In this document: one piece after another, positions 10,966-24,543 of the stretch | Layout: every line of letters starts with the position of its first letter | How positions within the stretch are numbered: the stretch's first letter is position 1 | Assembly (NCBI GenBank): GCA_000708835.1 | Contig: DF237359.1 | Location: 1 to 64,000 of the forward strand | Reading direction: 5' to 3' | Origin: Klebsormidium nitens | Taxonomy: Eukaryota; Plantae; Klebsormidiophyceae | Length of the DNA stretch: 64,000 nucleotides | Made by a program: the position numbers and the translations under genes | Notes under the pieces: model-generated | Databases searched by the model: none | What the model was told of the DNA's origin: nothing | The model's input: only the letters and a program-made list of their open reading frames with translations

Positions 10966-13900
10966 ATGGCAATCCCCCGCTGCATGTTCCTCGCCACTTT
11001 ACTTCTTTTGACAGCAGGAGCCAATGCGCGCCAGCTCCTGCAAGAGTCCAACGATGGTGGTGTGACTGCATCCCTATGGGATGAGACACCCCCAACGGAC
11101 GGTCAGGATCGTAGATCAACGCTTGGCTTTGGGCAGAGCACTCCCGTGTCTGTCACATTCTACAACACCCCAGGGACGATGGACTGCGCAGATGGTGAGA
11201 GCAATCCCTCAGTTCCTCAGTTACGCCAGCTGCTGAGCTTGAACAATGTCTGCTCAGGTTCAGTTTTGCTGTGCGTGCTGCCTGCCTATAGCTGACAGAC
11301 AATCAAAAGAGGGTGACAATGATTCGCATACCTGAAAATTCCAACAGGTCGCTCCCTGGCAACAGATCTGGCTTTTAACTTGTTGGTGTGAGCATAATTC
11401 AGAGCTGGGTTGTCGATCACACCCCCAATGCAGATCCGCGAGCTGTGCGTTGTTTGTAAGGGTCTAAGGTGCTGCAATCAGTTTAGGAGTTCAATCACAG
11501 ATATCCGCTTTTATCAAGGTTGGGTCGTCCGGAATGGTCTTTGACTGCTCTTGGATTTGTGGAGCTGTAAAAAGCACACAAGTTGACAGGACCATGTCAC
11601 ATCGCAGCTGTAACAAAGCTTGCGAAAATGCCCTTGAGGAAGCTGCCCCTTTGACTCGGTCAACTTTCAGTATGTTAACCGGGGCTTGTACTTGTGGCCG
11701 GGTTCTGTTCTAAGTGAGCTTACATTTGCCCTCCTTCTGGAGTCTCTGCGTAAGCTCTTGCATATTCTTGTTTGAGCTAAGAAGTTGGGGGCAAATACCT
11801 GGGTCTTTGGGAGGTAGACTTGGAAAGCTGCCTGGATTGTCCAATAGATAGTTTCGGAGTCTCAGGCTAAGTTGACTTCGGAAAGTACTTTGGTGACCAC
11901 TTCCCTCGTCCCTTGTCTTTCGTCAGTCTTGCAGAGTTTCGCCTGTGCAAAACAGACAGTTCGAAAGAAAACAAACCCCTACTAGTATGCAGCATTCAGA
12001 AAGCCAAGCAGTGACCCAAACCAACGTTGAGCACAAGAGGTTGGCCTCTGATGACTAACAAGCAAACCTTGTGCTTTACAGCCTTGGGGCAATGTGGCTA
12101 TGGGAGTGACGTCGGGGGGCCTGCTATGGACGGCAATGGCGGCAAGTTCGTTGCCAACTCTCTGTGTAAGGCCCGACCCTTCCTTTTCCTCCTCTCTATT
12201 CACATAAGTAAAACATCCAAATCTAGCAATCTCTATTATGGTTAATGCAACCCTGTTTGCCTCCCATGTTCAAGAGGGCTCAACTTCCTTTCCAGATTCT
12301 TTGCATGCCAAGAGAATTTCAGCGCAGAATTGATACCTACACCCGGCCTTGGAAGAGCTGCCCTTGAAACTTCTTCCTGCAGCCTCTTGACATGACCTTA
12401 GTCAGCATTGCCCGCAATTGTAATGGACAGAACCTCATTGCGCAATGCATACTCTAATTCGTAAGATCTGGCTGCACTGGGAAAATCACCTCCGTGAGAG
12501 TGCTTAGCACAGCAAACTGAGTCACTTAGAAAAGTGAGCCCTTTTGAACCGTCTCTTGTCTAGCAGCTCAGAACCTTGTGCGCAACCTGTTACCTCTCCC
12601 ATCCTGCCGCTCCAATAAATTGGACAAATAAACCACACACCCCATCCTTGAATGACAGTATCGAGCAAATGGAGCATCAAATCACAAGACCACAACCCTT
12701 GTATTCCGCGGCTTTTTCATCCATCTTTGCGCAACTTGCTCACGTTTTATGGAGTCGGAACACCTTTGATACCCAGGGCCCTTACGTAATTCCAGAAAAT
12801 CCAACAGCCTGTACGGCACTTGCCAACTAGACAATACCCGAAGCGCTCAGAGCCATATGGTCGCTTTCCCATGATAAATGTGAAGCCCATGCAGCTCTGG
12901 CTTTATCAGTCACAATATCAGAACCGGAATTCTCAATGCAAAAGTCTGAACTTTCAGTCGCAAAAGTTGAGGTTTCTGACCATCTTCCCTAATCCACGGG
13001 CCCCATGCACGTGGCGTCCGGCAACTTCCAACTTCCTCCATCCCTCTATTCATGAGCCGCGTAAAGTCCTTACCTTTTGTTCTTGGGTCTGAACTCTCTG
13101 ATCACTATTTCCTTCGCCGAATGACTGACCCAAAACTCCGAAACTCCGCAGACCCCCTCCACGGCTGCCACCTCTCGGGTCGATCTACTGAACCTTCAAT
13201 CAACTTCAAATTCACTGGGTTCTGACAGGCTGCTCTGTAACACCTAGTTCTTCCTACAGGATCCTCTTTAACAAGATTTCATCCCGAGACTGACCTAACC
13301 GAAAATTCAAACTCTGCAGACCCCCTCCACGCCGCGTCCGGCAACTTCGCCTACCTCGGCGGCTGTGGCGCGTGCGGCATCCTCTCCGGGAACGGCGTCA
13401 GCAAGGGTTACGTCATCACTGACGTCACCGACCACCTTGACTCCCTGGACCGCTCGTCGGGATCCGGCCCCCCCCAGGGCTCGCACATCGACATCTGTTT
13501 GAAGGAGTTCCAAGAATACGTACCAGGGACGGATGGGAATCACGGGGGGATCTTCACTGGATCTTGGACCAGGTAAGTGCTTTGATTTTCTTCGTCAGCT
13601 TCAAGAATCCTTTTCTTTGAGTACGCACTTTAGTATTCGAACGGATCAAGAAAGCAGGTCTTTCAAAGGAGTCAGAAGTTCAAGAGAGCCTCTATGGGTT
13701 TATCATTTCCTGCGAGCGAGTTTTCGAGGTTGCCACTTTCTTATACTTGCCACAGACCGATTGCCTTGTGATTGCCCATAAACGGATTGCCTTTCTCGCC
13801 TCGGGCCTGTGAGTTCTTTCGTTTTTGAGCAGCATCCGAAAAGCAACTCAGGACCTGATTTCCGGGTGCCCGTGAAACACCGTTCTGCCTTTTCTGAAGG

Positions 13901-14679
13901 CAAGGACAGGTGGATTACCGCCAGAGCCTTTCGAGCGATCCCATCACGTACTCCAGCTTCTGGCTTTGTCTACATTGTGAAGTTTGTTCTTCTTGTCACT
14001 TCCACGGGCCCCCTCTTAGGACCCGCTTCATTCTGGAAGGGATTACTCTTAATCCGTTTGGCCCAAGTCTCCGATCGTAACCACGAACCACGTTCTGTCT
14101 GCACAGCTGGGTGTCTTGTTGTTCTTTTGCCGTTTGAATGATGCCTCGACCCGCGAGTCACTGCCAGCGGAACAGTTTCCTCGAAGCCCGGGAAAAGTCT
14201 GAGACAGCGCCACCAAACGAATTCACAACACTTCAGCATTTTGGGAAGGTTCCTCGAAGCGTTTCCTGATCCCTTGTCTGAACCACGTCTGCAGAGTTGA
14301 CTGCTCCACAATGGGCGCACCCAACTACCCCTCCCACGACCTCACTGTACGTTACCAGGCCTACAACGGCAACGCCAAGGCCGTCGTCGTGTCACGTGCC
14401 CCCGGCGCTGGCGTCATCACTGGCGTCACATTCGTTACGGCTGCCGACAACAACGGCGGGAACTCTGGAAACGGTTCCCCGGTGGAACACCCTGGGTCAA
14501 AAGTGGACGGGTGGGGCGCGTGGTGGACCCCGGGGACTGACCTGTCCGGTCGGGGTGGGGTTAGGCTGGTGGTTACGATGGAAGATGGGCAGGTTATCAC
14601 TCAGGACGGGTACCCGATGCCCGATTTCAGGTTATGGAAGACCGGGGATCTGATCAGTCTCAAGTGGCACGCGGCGTAA
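10966..14679 (+). CDS. Expansin-like secreted protein (DPBB domain plus CBM63/pollen-allergen domain), 4 exons, about 316 aa
   Basis: Exons 10966-11194, 12082-12165, 13320-13572, 14295-14679, phase-consistent (951 nt). Signal peptide MAIPRCMFLATLLLLTAGANA; domain 1 motifs ALGQCGYG, GGCGACG, VITD, HIDIC..F, W-TR-VDC; domain 2 with GWGAWW and WKTG aromatics. Confidence 0.75.
12965..13200 (+). repeat. Two acceptor-side echoes of expansin-like exon 13320-13572
   Basis: GCAGACCCCCTCCACG at 13148 and 13316 (real); GCGTCCGGCAACTTC near 13014 and 13334. The upstream GACTGACC(C/T)AA element is also copied. Confidence 0.8.
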
Positions 14680-16901
14680 AGCTCTCGAGTCTGGGAAGAA
14701 TTTCGCGGACAACGAAACGGTTGAAACTGACATCTTTTGGCCCGCGCGAGACTCAAAAAAGATGAGTGAGATAGGTAGGTCGAACACAGCCCCTTTGGTG
14801 GAGACTGTGCAGGATAAGAGGGGCTGACAAGCGGAAGTTGAAGATATTTTCTACGGGCCCCGTTTTTGTAGTTGCTTTAGAAGGCGTCATGATTGCTCGC
14901 GCAATTTGCCATTCGTACAGGAGTACAGTACTAGGGGCTCGCACCGCGTTCTACTTTGGCGGCTTCGAAGAACAGAACTGCTTTCATTTACCGTTAGCAG
15001 TACAGCTCGAAAATTGGACGGGGGGCAAAACAAGTCGCCAATCGTCGGCACTTAAACCAGTAGTGGCATTGCTTTTGCCGTAAGTTATAGTCAGTCTCTC
15101 GTCCCGCAGTCGCGGAACGTCAGCTCAGATTGTGCGCCCATTGTGCGCAACTTGCAGACTGCATCAGATGCTACGAACGACAGTAGGGCCGCCAGTAGGA
15201 TTGGCCCAACAGTTTTCGGCGTTAAATCACACGTCGTCAGTCGGTTCCTTTAAGCTAGGCGGAAATATACGAAGCCGAGCAGCTAAGCCTGCCCGTCCAG
15301 ACAAAGAACGTCAGGATAGGCTGGGGCACTTGTCAAGCAGTAACGAGAACATTCTTTGGTGCTTCGGGCTAGCTTCGTACGGGTAGAGACCGGACGGAAA
15401 GGGAATAATAATTCCACGGTTACCAGATTACAAGTTTTCTCCTGTGGCGTGATAAACAACAAGACTCGACAACTCGTTCAAACGAGTTCACATCCGGTCT
15501 CATGATCGACAAGTTGATTGTCGCCCTGATGCATTGAACATGCCCAGCTAGCTACGTTTCTGGGCGCTTCGTATCCGCCCCGCTCTCGATCAAGTGTAAC
15601 TGAATCACGCTCGTCGAAGTCCTCGATCCGCTTGCTAGAACTGGTGTTGAGAATGTGAACTGAATCATAAGCCCGTGGCCCATGTGGCTACGGCGCCATG
15701 TACAAGAGAACATCAAGGCATGTATGTTCCATGGTCGCATCAAACTCAGCGCAATCATTTTGTGCCTTCGTGGCTTATACTTCGCTGTGAACTTATAAAT
15801 TTGGCTAATGATTGTGTTTCAATGCATTGCTGTCACGAAGTTTTTTTATTGGGCTATAGCTCCGGCTGGCACGCGTGCATGCCGCGGGCATGCCGCTGAA
15901 AGGATCAAGTCTCCTGAGCTTTGCAATTGCATGCGAAGCCCAGAACACTCATGAGAGTTCTCGGCTTTGCGTCTACGTATCACCCACTGAGTCCCGGCTG
16001 CCAACTGTGTGTCAACTGCTTATTGCTAGCTTTCAATTGCAGTTTAACTTGTCGCCAGTATACCCACGAAAGTCACATGTATGATGTACGTTCATTGCTC
16101 GAGACGAACGTATCGTGATGGACGGTGCGTACCATATCGCATTGAACAACCTGGCACTCCCCGTATCGAGCATATATCCTGGCGACGATGGCGACCTTAC
16201 CCCAATATGCAAGTCGTCATTGTTACAGTGAGGCAGCTTCTCTCAGGATCGATCTCAGGGTTCAAAAGCATTTTAGCGCCGGGGCCGTTCCATGGGCGGT
16301 CCACTCGATCTATCGATCGGTCCCGTGCGGATCCCGCTTGCATGCTTCAAAAAAGGTGCATGATCCATTTCGCATATAGTCGATTCCCCTATGATGCCTC
16401 TCACTGGCACGATCAGTCGCGGACAAGCAGACGACCGGACAAGACCTCGACAAGACGAGAGAGCTAGACTCTAGACGGGCCCCGCGCGGCCGGCCCCCGC
16501 AATGATGGCAGTGTTTATGGCCGCCGGCCAGCGGCGGGCGGCCCACCGTCGTGGCCGCGGTGCCCTTTACCAAGGGTTTATAACTAGAGCGACCTGATCT
16601 AGCCTAGCGCAATCATGCACGTCACGTCGGGTGAGGCCTCGTGGGATTCAAAACTTAGATGGAGCGGCGGGTGGGCCAGGCTGGCGCCGGCGGCATTCAG
16701 CTGCATTCTCTTCTCAGGCTCAGGAAGAAAGGAGGAAGAATGGTGCCCTTGATGGAGGGGTGGTCGCTTGTGTAGACTTCGGGTTCTTGATCCATAAAGC
16801 GGAATCGCGTCTACCTGTGGTCGACGGGTGCGATCGCCTTTCCTGTGGACTCTGACGTGCAAATGGGGGCAAATAATCACCACCTGTGAAGCGCGAGCAA
16901 A

Positions 16902-19900
16902 ATGGAAGAGCCTGGCGAGCACGCCTGGACAAAGTCGGGCGCCCACTCTGATCCGCAGCAGAGTAACAATCCAAACGCTCTCTCTCCCATCCAGGCATTT
17001 GTCACAAGCTCTGCTGGCCCCTCAGATGGTTCCGACACCTCGCAGAGCGAGTTTAAGGACCTGCGGCAGCTTTCCCCAGATGTCCTGATCCGCAGGAGCC
17101 ACCAGTCTGCTGTGCCTGAGGAGGAGGGGCCTTCCACCTCGGGGATAGATTTAATTGAGGAAGCTTCAGTGGTTTCTGCTGCAAAGGGATCGGTGTTGCG
17201 ACAAGAGAAGGGCGATGGCGCGCTTCATCAGCCAGGCATTCTGTCCAAGAATGCCAAGAACACAGGCTCTCCCCCGGCAATTCCCGCACGGGCGGTGCTC
17301 TCGGAGAAGTCACCTATATCTGCCATCAAATCTTCCTCCAAGCTGCGGAGATCGCTCACTCCTGATCAAGCACGCCCCCCGAGGCACAAGCGCAAGGGTT
17401 CGCTCGATTCCCTCCTGCTGCCCCCCAACTTCACACAGAGCCAGGTAGATGCCACAATGCATAGGCGCAAGTCCTTGCTAAACCCTGCCCTAAACCCCGG
17501 CCTAAACCCTGGCATGGATTCTTCGACCACTTCTCCCCTGCGTGGCCATTTGGTGAGGACGTCTTCTCTTGGAGCTCCAGGAATGCCACTTTCCGGCCCA
17601 GAGATCGACTTCTGGCGGCCAGAGGTTGGATCAAGGCCGCTTGTGGGGAGTGTGAAGCTGCACGAGCGCATGGTGTTCCTGTGCTACAAGGTAGGTTCTT
17701 GCTGAGCATTATTTGGCTCCATCTAGTGCAATTGCTTGATTTCTGCAACCAAACATTTTTTGCTGACCGTAAGTTTCCGGCTGAAGCACTTGCTCGATTC
17801 CTGCACTTCAAAAAGCTTGTGTACTGCTGGTTCTCCTCTGAATTCAAGACCAGCTTGCAATCAGCAAATGCGAAAGCTGAGAATTACTCAGCAAATCAGC
17901 CTGGTTTTGAAGCACTACAAGCCGCTCAGCTAGTCAGAAGGCTGGAAAGTTGGTTTCTTGCTCTCTGTCTGTGAAGCGACACCGCGACGGGATTCTGCTC
18001 ATTTCACATCTTATGGCGTACTTTCTCAACGAGATCATAGTGCCAGCTTTTTCTGCCTGATGAGATTGCTTGGGAGTATGTTTGAAATGCCCTTGCCGAA
18101 GGGCTCAATCAGTGTTCTTGTGTGAGGTCCTGGAACTTCTTGTGTATTTCTCAACGTGATGCTGGTGACAACTTGAACAGCGATTCCAGGTAGAGGAAGT
18201 TACTCACTGGAATTGGCTTGTGTTTTTTGTCTCAAAGGAAAATGTGTCAGTCTACGCCTAACTCGATGTTTGAGTGGGGGCAATGCTGGTCATGAGCACG
18301 ATTGTAGTCCGTATATTCATATTCATTGTCTACGAAGGGAAGGGAATGCACTGATTCTGCAGCTGTCTATAGCCGAATGCTCTCAGCAAGATTGCTTCTT
18401 GTTCTGCTTGGCTGATTCCCCCGCTCCCGCCCTTCTCTTGACTAGCTTCTAACAAGAAGTTCAGAGATAGACCTGCTATTTAGTGCTAGAAAGTAGCTGC
18501 TCATGGAGTCCGCTGACATATCAAGCCGCTCATAGGCCTCGCTTGCTTTGCTTCTTAATGGCCCCCATTTTTCTGATGTTTTTTGCTGCTTACACTCCCC
18601 AAAAAGCAGCTTGCGGCTTGGTATTGACAGATTAGGCTGCAGTTTAATTCTGCTCATCTTTATGCTTTGTAAGGAAGAGAGTCTCGCCCTCAAGAGGAAA
18701 TGTTAAAAGTCGAAAGGCACAAAGTCTGGAGCAAATGCTTTCCTTCAAGCGTTGCAAGCAAATGTACTGTTTAATTATAAGTGAGGACCTAATTGAGAGA
18801 AGGCAACTTGATCCTCGTTTTTTAAGAATCTTCAGAAGAGGTGAGGGATGGTCACTGCTAACCTCGCTTCTAACCTCAACTCTAACCCAGTCATGTGCAA
18901 CGGCTTGCGTGATTGACGGGACTGATACCGAGGAGTTTGCTGCAGGACCCTGCCTCATGGCCCCCCCGGATAGAGGCCGCTGAGGCGGAGCGCCTGCCGA
19001 AGAGGCTCGCGTCTGCAATCTACATGAAGAGAAAGGTGCTTCCGCAGAAGGTCAGCATTCCTTAGCGTTACTTACATTTTTGTCTCGCTTTGCATGTTGA
19101 TTTGTGAATTCTGTGGTGATGCACATGTTGTTGTTGCCGTCCCTGAAAATCTGTTCCACGAAAAAGATCAACTTTGTTAGACGAAGGACTGCGACTCGAG
19201 ATATAGAGGCATGAGAACATTTTGGTTCAGCTACCCTCGAGTTTCGCTGCCTCTCAGCTCCTTACTGGTGGCAGAATGTTCAACGTCGTTACGTGCAGCA
19301 TCGAGCCGTTTAACTTCCTGCGTTCTCTGCATCCTCGGTTGCGCTTCTCTTTCTGCTTCGATCTTGAGTGTATCAGTTGGTACTTGACAGGACGGCAATT
19401 GTTGCACTGTAGATCTGTTGAGATTCTTTTTGAACTCCTCGCGCTTGTTCCTCAACCCCTTTGTCGGGTTTCTTGTTGCTTGGTCGATCACAAGCAAAGT
19501 CGGGTGGTGATTGACAGGACGCACAACCGTTGCATGGTGATCTCAAGACGTTGAGACTCTTCTTTTCACCTTCTATGCTTGTTCCAACAAACTCTTTGTC
19601 CGGTTACAGAACCTGGCTAGGTCTAGAAGGAAACGAAAGTGCTGACGTCAGTGCACACTTCCCTTGTATGCAGACCAAGTTCGCACTCTGCGAGGGAAGC
19701 GAAGGAAGCGAGTGTGACGTCCTCATCTTTCCTGACATGAAGCGATACAGGTAAGCGATGGCAGATTTCACACAATCGCCCTGAAGCTTTATTGGAGAAC
19801 GGTCTTCAACTTCATATAGAATAAGCTTTCTGAGCATTCCGGTAGACTCGAAAGAAACAATATGGCTTCTGAGCGAAAGCCCGGGTACCTCGATCCGAAA

Positions 19901-22752
19901 AACGACCGAAAGACAGATGCTCTGCAAGCCGGATGTAATGCTACCAACGCTTAAGCTACGGACCCAGTTCCGCCTTAAGAAGCCGTTTCTCAAATGAAGC
20001 TAGAATGCAACAGGCCAGCAGAGTTGATCAAAAGTTGTTAGGATGCCTGACGGTTGCCAGATGAGTATGAATTTTTGCCTCCAAGCATTCCTACGGTCTG
20101 AGATATGGTAATTTGGACTACACTCTGTCCTGATTCAATCTGATTGGCGGTGCCAACAAGTCTCCGCTTTGACCAGAAATGAATTAGCATAGCTTATGCC
20201 TTTCAGTCTGCTTCGATACTCCTACTTGCGAGTATCATCAATCCCTGACAACATACTTCTCAATAGGATGCACTCAGAAACTCGGTCCCTTATGAATCCA
20301 CACAGGTTTTCATGAACATGTGTCTACACTCCCTTTCCGGAAAAAGCAATCCGAATACAACTACCTCGACAATAACATGGCCCTCTGATGTCCACTATGC
20401 GCCAAACAACTTTCCCAAAACCGATCGACCACGCTCTTTTAGCGCAGACTGCATACTTTCTAATCTGCTCCCTCCTCAGTGCGGTGACTCACTTCGACAT
20501 CGACCACCTGATCGAGTTCCTCCTCACCGGCAAGGAGAAGGTGCTGCGCTCGCAGCGAATCACGGGCTGCCACGTGTTCGTATGCGCCCACGCCAGCAGG
20601 GACGCGCGCTGCGGATCCTGCGGACCCCCCCTCGTGCTGGCGTTTCAAGCCGTGGTCCAGGCGAAGGGCCTGGAGAAAACGGTCCACGTGCGCGCGTGTT
20701 CGCACGTCGGGGGGCATGCTTTTGCGGGCAACGTGATTATCTACATGGAGCGGGAGGGGAAGATTGCTGGGGACTGGTGAGATTGCGCTCTTTGTTTTCT
20801 TCTTGTCTTTCAGTCTCTTGCGACACAATTGCGTGTTGATGATTCATGAATCATTTCGGTCAGTCCAGTTGTGAGATGAATTCAGTGGAACTTCGGTTGG
20901 GTTTTGTATAATGTGGCATGCTGCGCTAGAATATCATATGCATGCAGCGAGCTTGCAGTCGGACTCCGGTTTTTTAAGTCGCCTCTAAGTTTTGATGTAC
21001 AGTCTTCATTCAGGGGGTCACCCTGCAGGTACCTGTAACGTTCTAATCAAAATGCAAAATATTCAGGGCGGACACGTGTTTGGACAAAATTATCTGTTCA
21101 TCCTCTCACCATATCAAAGGTCCTGCTTCGTAAATCTTCCCTATCAAACCCTTTGAGTTTCCATTTCAGACAGGTCTGGACGCATATCCTGCAGGTATGG
21201 TTACGTCACACCTCGTGACGTTCCGCTGATCGTCGAACAGCACATCGAGGGCGGACGGATCGTCGACAAGCTGTGGCGCGGCGCGATGGGCCTCACGGCA
21301 GAGGAGCAGCAAGCGGAGCTACGGAGAATAAGAGCCGTTCAGGACGCAGAGGGACCAGAGCCCGAGGCAGCGCCGTGCGACGACTGCACGTTCTTGAAAG
21401 TCGAGGTGCGCAGCTAGTTGCTTTTATGGTGCGCTACACGGTGCTTGTTCCTGAGAGGTCGGTGCTTCTTTGACCGCTGTGGAAGGAGCCTACTCCTTCT
21501 GTAACAGAATACCCGTTTGGTGGATTCCGTTGATGTGCCATCAGGGGCGCGGAGTAAGCTTTTGTTGCGTTAATAGACCAAGTGGACCGTTTGGGGGTGC
21601 AGAGGGTCCAGAGCGCGACGAGGCGCCATGGCAGGATTGCAAGTTTGGAGATCTGAAGGCGACTAGGCATTTGGTTTTCAAGGTTCAGCGCGGGTCTGCT
21701 GAGATTTGGGGTTGTCTGCGGATCTGCTAGAGGGAGTCCCTGCGCTGATCACATCCTTGAAGTGGGGTTGGGGGTTCTGCAGCGACGAGTTGGCCTGCAT
21801 GCCAGGGTTTGGAATGTTCCAACACAGTATCGCGTGAGTACCTTTCGGGCGACACCAGAGCAGGATGCGGAGGCAATTTGGTAACGCACTTCGGAGAAAC
21901 TTTTGAGTTGCATGAAAGTGCCGTCCGCTGAGCTGGTCACTTCTGGCACTCGTGTGCCGAAGAGCGGCTACGCTTTTGAAAGGGCCGCTGAGGGAAAATA
22001 GGTACAAAGCAGGCGGAAGCAGGTGCCGCTTAAGCGAGACGAGAGACATTGGCTCCGGTCGGTATGGACATGGTGGCGAAGTTTGGCTTGAGCGTTCAGA
22101 TTTCTGCGAATGTGTGAAAGTGGTTAACGCCTGGCCGTTGAGGACTTCTCCGAGTAGCGCTTCGTGTGTGCTGCCCAACTCATCCGTTGCAGGGCAAAAT
22201 GTCAATCGGCACCCAAATTTGACCTGAAGAGAGGCACGGTCATGGCCAGATCTAACAGGTCCTGAACCTACAGCAAAGGGTTGGCTTTGTACGGGTTTCA
22301 GTACAATAGAAGCCACATCGCCCGCTTGGAGTATGCGAGTTGGACATGATCTTGGTATCCATACTCAGAACAGATTCAGACCTGGGATGCCACGAGAGAA
22401 TATTCTGCGGTTCCACCTGCAGGAGATCGAGGAACTCGTGAAGGAAGGCGTCTGCGCTCCGCACGACCCGGCGAAACTCGACAAAGCGTCAAATAAAACC
22501 GGCTGCTGCGGCCCAAAACCTGTGGACGGACAGCAATCCAACAGCGCACCGGCATTAAAGTCAAACCCGGGGACCAGCGACGGCTCTTCGCTTTTTGTGT
22601 CGGTAGCCGCACAAGTCAGGCGGCTGCAGTACCCGGATGTGTCTTCCTGGTGGAAGAAGCTTGATGCCACGGATATAGCCCTGTGTGGGGCGTTAGCGCT
22701 TTCGGGAGTGGCTTTATGTATAGCAATAAATCTGCATACGCGTAGTAGGTAA
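16902..22752 (+). CDS. Sucrase/ferredoxin-like (Apd1/Aim32-type thioredoxin-like [2Fe-2S] ferredoxin) protein, 6 exons, about 602 aa
   Basis: Exons 16902-17690, 18946-19050, 19674-19750, 20480-20776, 21195-21405, 22423-22752 (1809 nt, in phase). Motifs: HERMVFLCYKDPASWPPRIEAAE; DVLIFPDM; THFDID; VFVCAHASRDARCGSCGP (C-x8-C); CSHVGGHAFAGNVIIY (H-x-G-G-H); GDWYGYVTPRDVP; LWRG; C-terminal hydrophobic anchor. Confidence 0.9.
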
Positions 22753-24543
22753 TTGATACTGCTGCAGCACGCTTTATTCTTTGTAGGTCGTCGACAATGA
22801 GCTGACGGTGAGTGGTACGGTATGTAAATATTGCGGAAGATTCATGTGAGCGGCGGTCCAGCCCGAGAGAGAGAACCGAGATAAGGGAGGGTCGGTGAGA
22901 TGTTGAGCCCATCAACCCCGCAATTTTGATCAAACCACCAATACTTTGATTACTATGACTCGGTGACTTTTTTCATTTTTTTAAACTTCGATGGCCATAA
23001 GTGTTGATTAGACTAATAGCCACCTCAGGCTGGACCAATCTGAACAACATTCTTTTGTAGTTAATTTTAATATTGTGATTAGGCGGCATCTCAAGCAAAA
23101 TGGCAAGGGCATATGCGGCACTAATGATTAGTACTTCGTTGAAAGGATCGATCAAATGTGCAATTGGAATATTCATGATTGCGAAGATCTGCCGCCAATA
23201 GAATGGCCGGCAATGAAATTCATGGACCTGGGCCGGCCGCCGTTCAATGCCGTTCAACGTACTCAGATCGATTGAGTTGGTGACAGTGACGGATCGTTGC
23301 CATGGGCTCCCCTTCAGTATTCATCATCAATGGTTGGCATGTGAATAATCGTGCATCCGGCCTATCAGTGGCCGCCCGCCGCCATGTGAGCTCACGTTAA
23401 CTTTGGTTGCTGCTCTAGCAACTGCTGGCAACGTGTTCAGGGAAAGTTTCATAACTCAAGGATCAATGATCGATCCAGTTGAAGTGGTAGAACTTAAGTC
23501 ACCTCTAACCCCATATGCCAGGCAGCTCTATCGCCCGCCCCATCATTAGGTTACCTCATAGGTGACCCCTCGCGTAGGTGACCCCACTGATATCATAGTA
23601 TGCGGGCCAGACCTCTAGGGGCTGGGATCGCCACCTGCAACCCCATCCCAAACTTAGTCAGTGTTGCACTTGTGGGGTTCTGTAGGCAAGCACTAAGTTA
23701 GTGCTCACATTGCTCTCTTTTGTGCATGTTGAAGGTGCATGATGGAAAGTTGACATTGAGAAACTTCTGAAACTGATGACCTAACCCAAAATGCGGGTAG
23801 AACAGTGTTGAGAGCCCTTCTCAGATATAGACGGATTGCGGGCCAAGAGGCGATCCTTGTTGTCGAAAGTCTCAGTCAGACAGAGTCTGAGTTTACTCTG
23901 TCTCCTTCTATATCAACTCAGACTTAAATGGAGGTGCAAGGTGCAACAAACACACTGATCTTTGAAACCTTAAGTTCAGCAGAGAAAGCATAGAATTCCC
24001 TGGGAAGCGAAGGGACTTACAGTGGGTTAGTGGGTCTTCTAGCACACGCATCTGACAATCCAAGGGGAATCCAAGCTTCAAAATTCGAATTCGAAAGCTG
24101 AGGGATCCCTCAGTTTCACAACAGGGAACTATGACCGTCCAAATTTATTTGACACCTTAATATCATCTCGAGTACGCCCGGTAATGACACATTGTAATTG
24201 GCGACACATGGCATGTGCACAGAGATCTTCAATGGACGGACAAGATGAGCCAGGTCGCGTTACTAGTACACCGACAAACGCCTCGAACGCACCTGCGCCG
24301 TCCGATAAAAACCTGTCAGAGCTTCCTGCGGCACTTGGAAGTGACATCCTTGATGTTCGGACGACTGTCGTGTAGACTGGAGCAAGGCGGTCAGCGCCGT
24401 CAACCTCGATCGGGCAACTCCGGCAATTACGCTGCTTGAAGAGAAGCGGCAAAAGCCGAATTCAGCTCCCGCAGCTTCCAGTATATCCAGTACTAGTGTC
24501 ACAGCAACCACAACATTGCGCAGTTGGAGTCCGCGCCACCACA

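Noticed and set aside
17480-17516. Triple 12-bp repeat (LNPA-LNPG-LNPG) in ferredoxin-like exon 1
   Set aside because: A small slippage repeat in a disordered extension with no evidence of function.
16902-22752. Extra Cys motifs (CDDC, GCCG) and C-terminal anchor as a novel architecture
   Set aside because: Plant sucrase/ferredoxin-like proteins I know have similar Cys-containing tails and a C-terminal hydrophobic segment.
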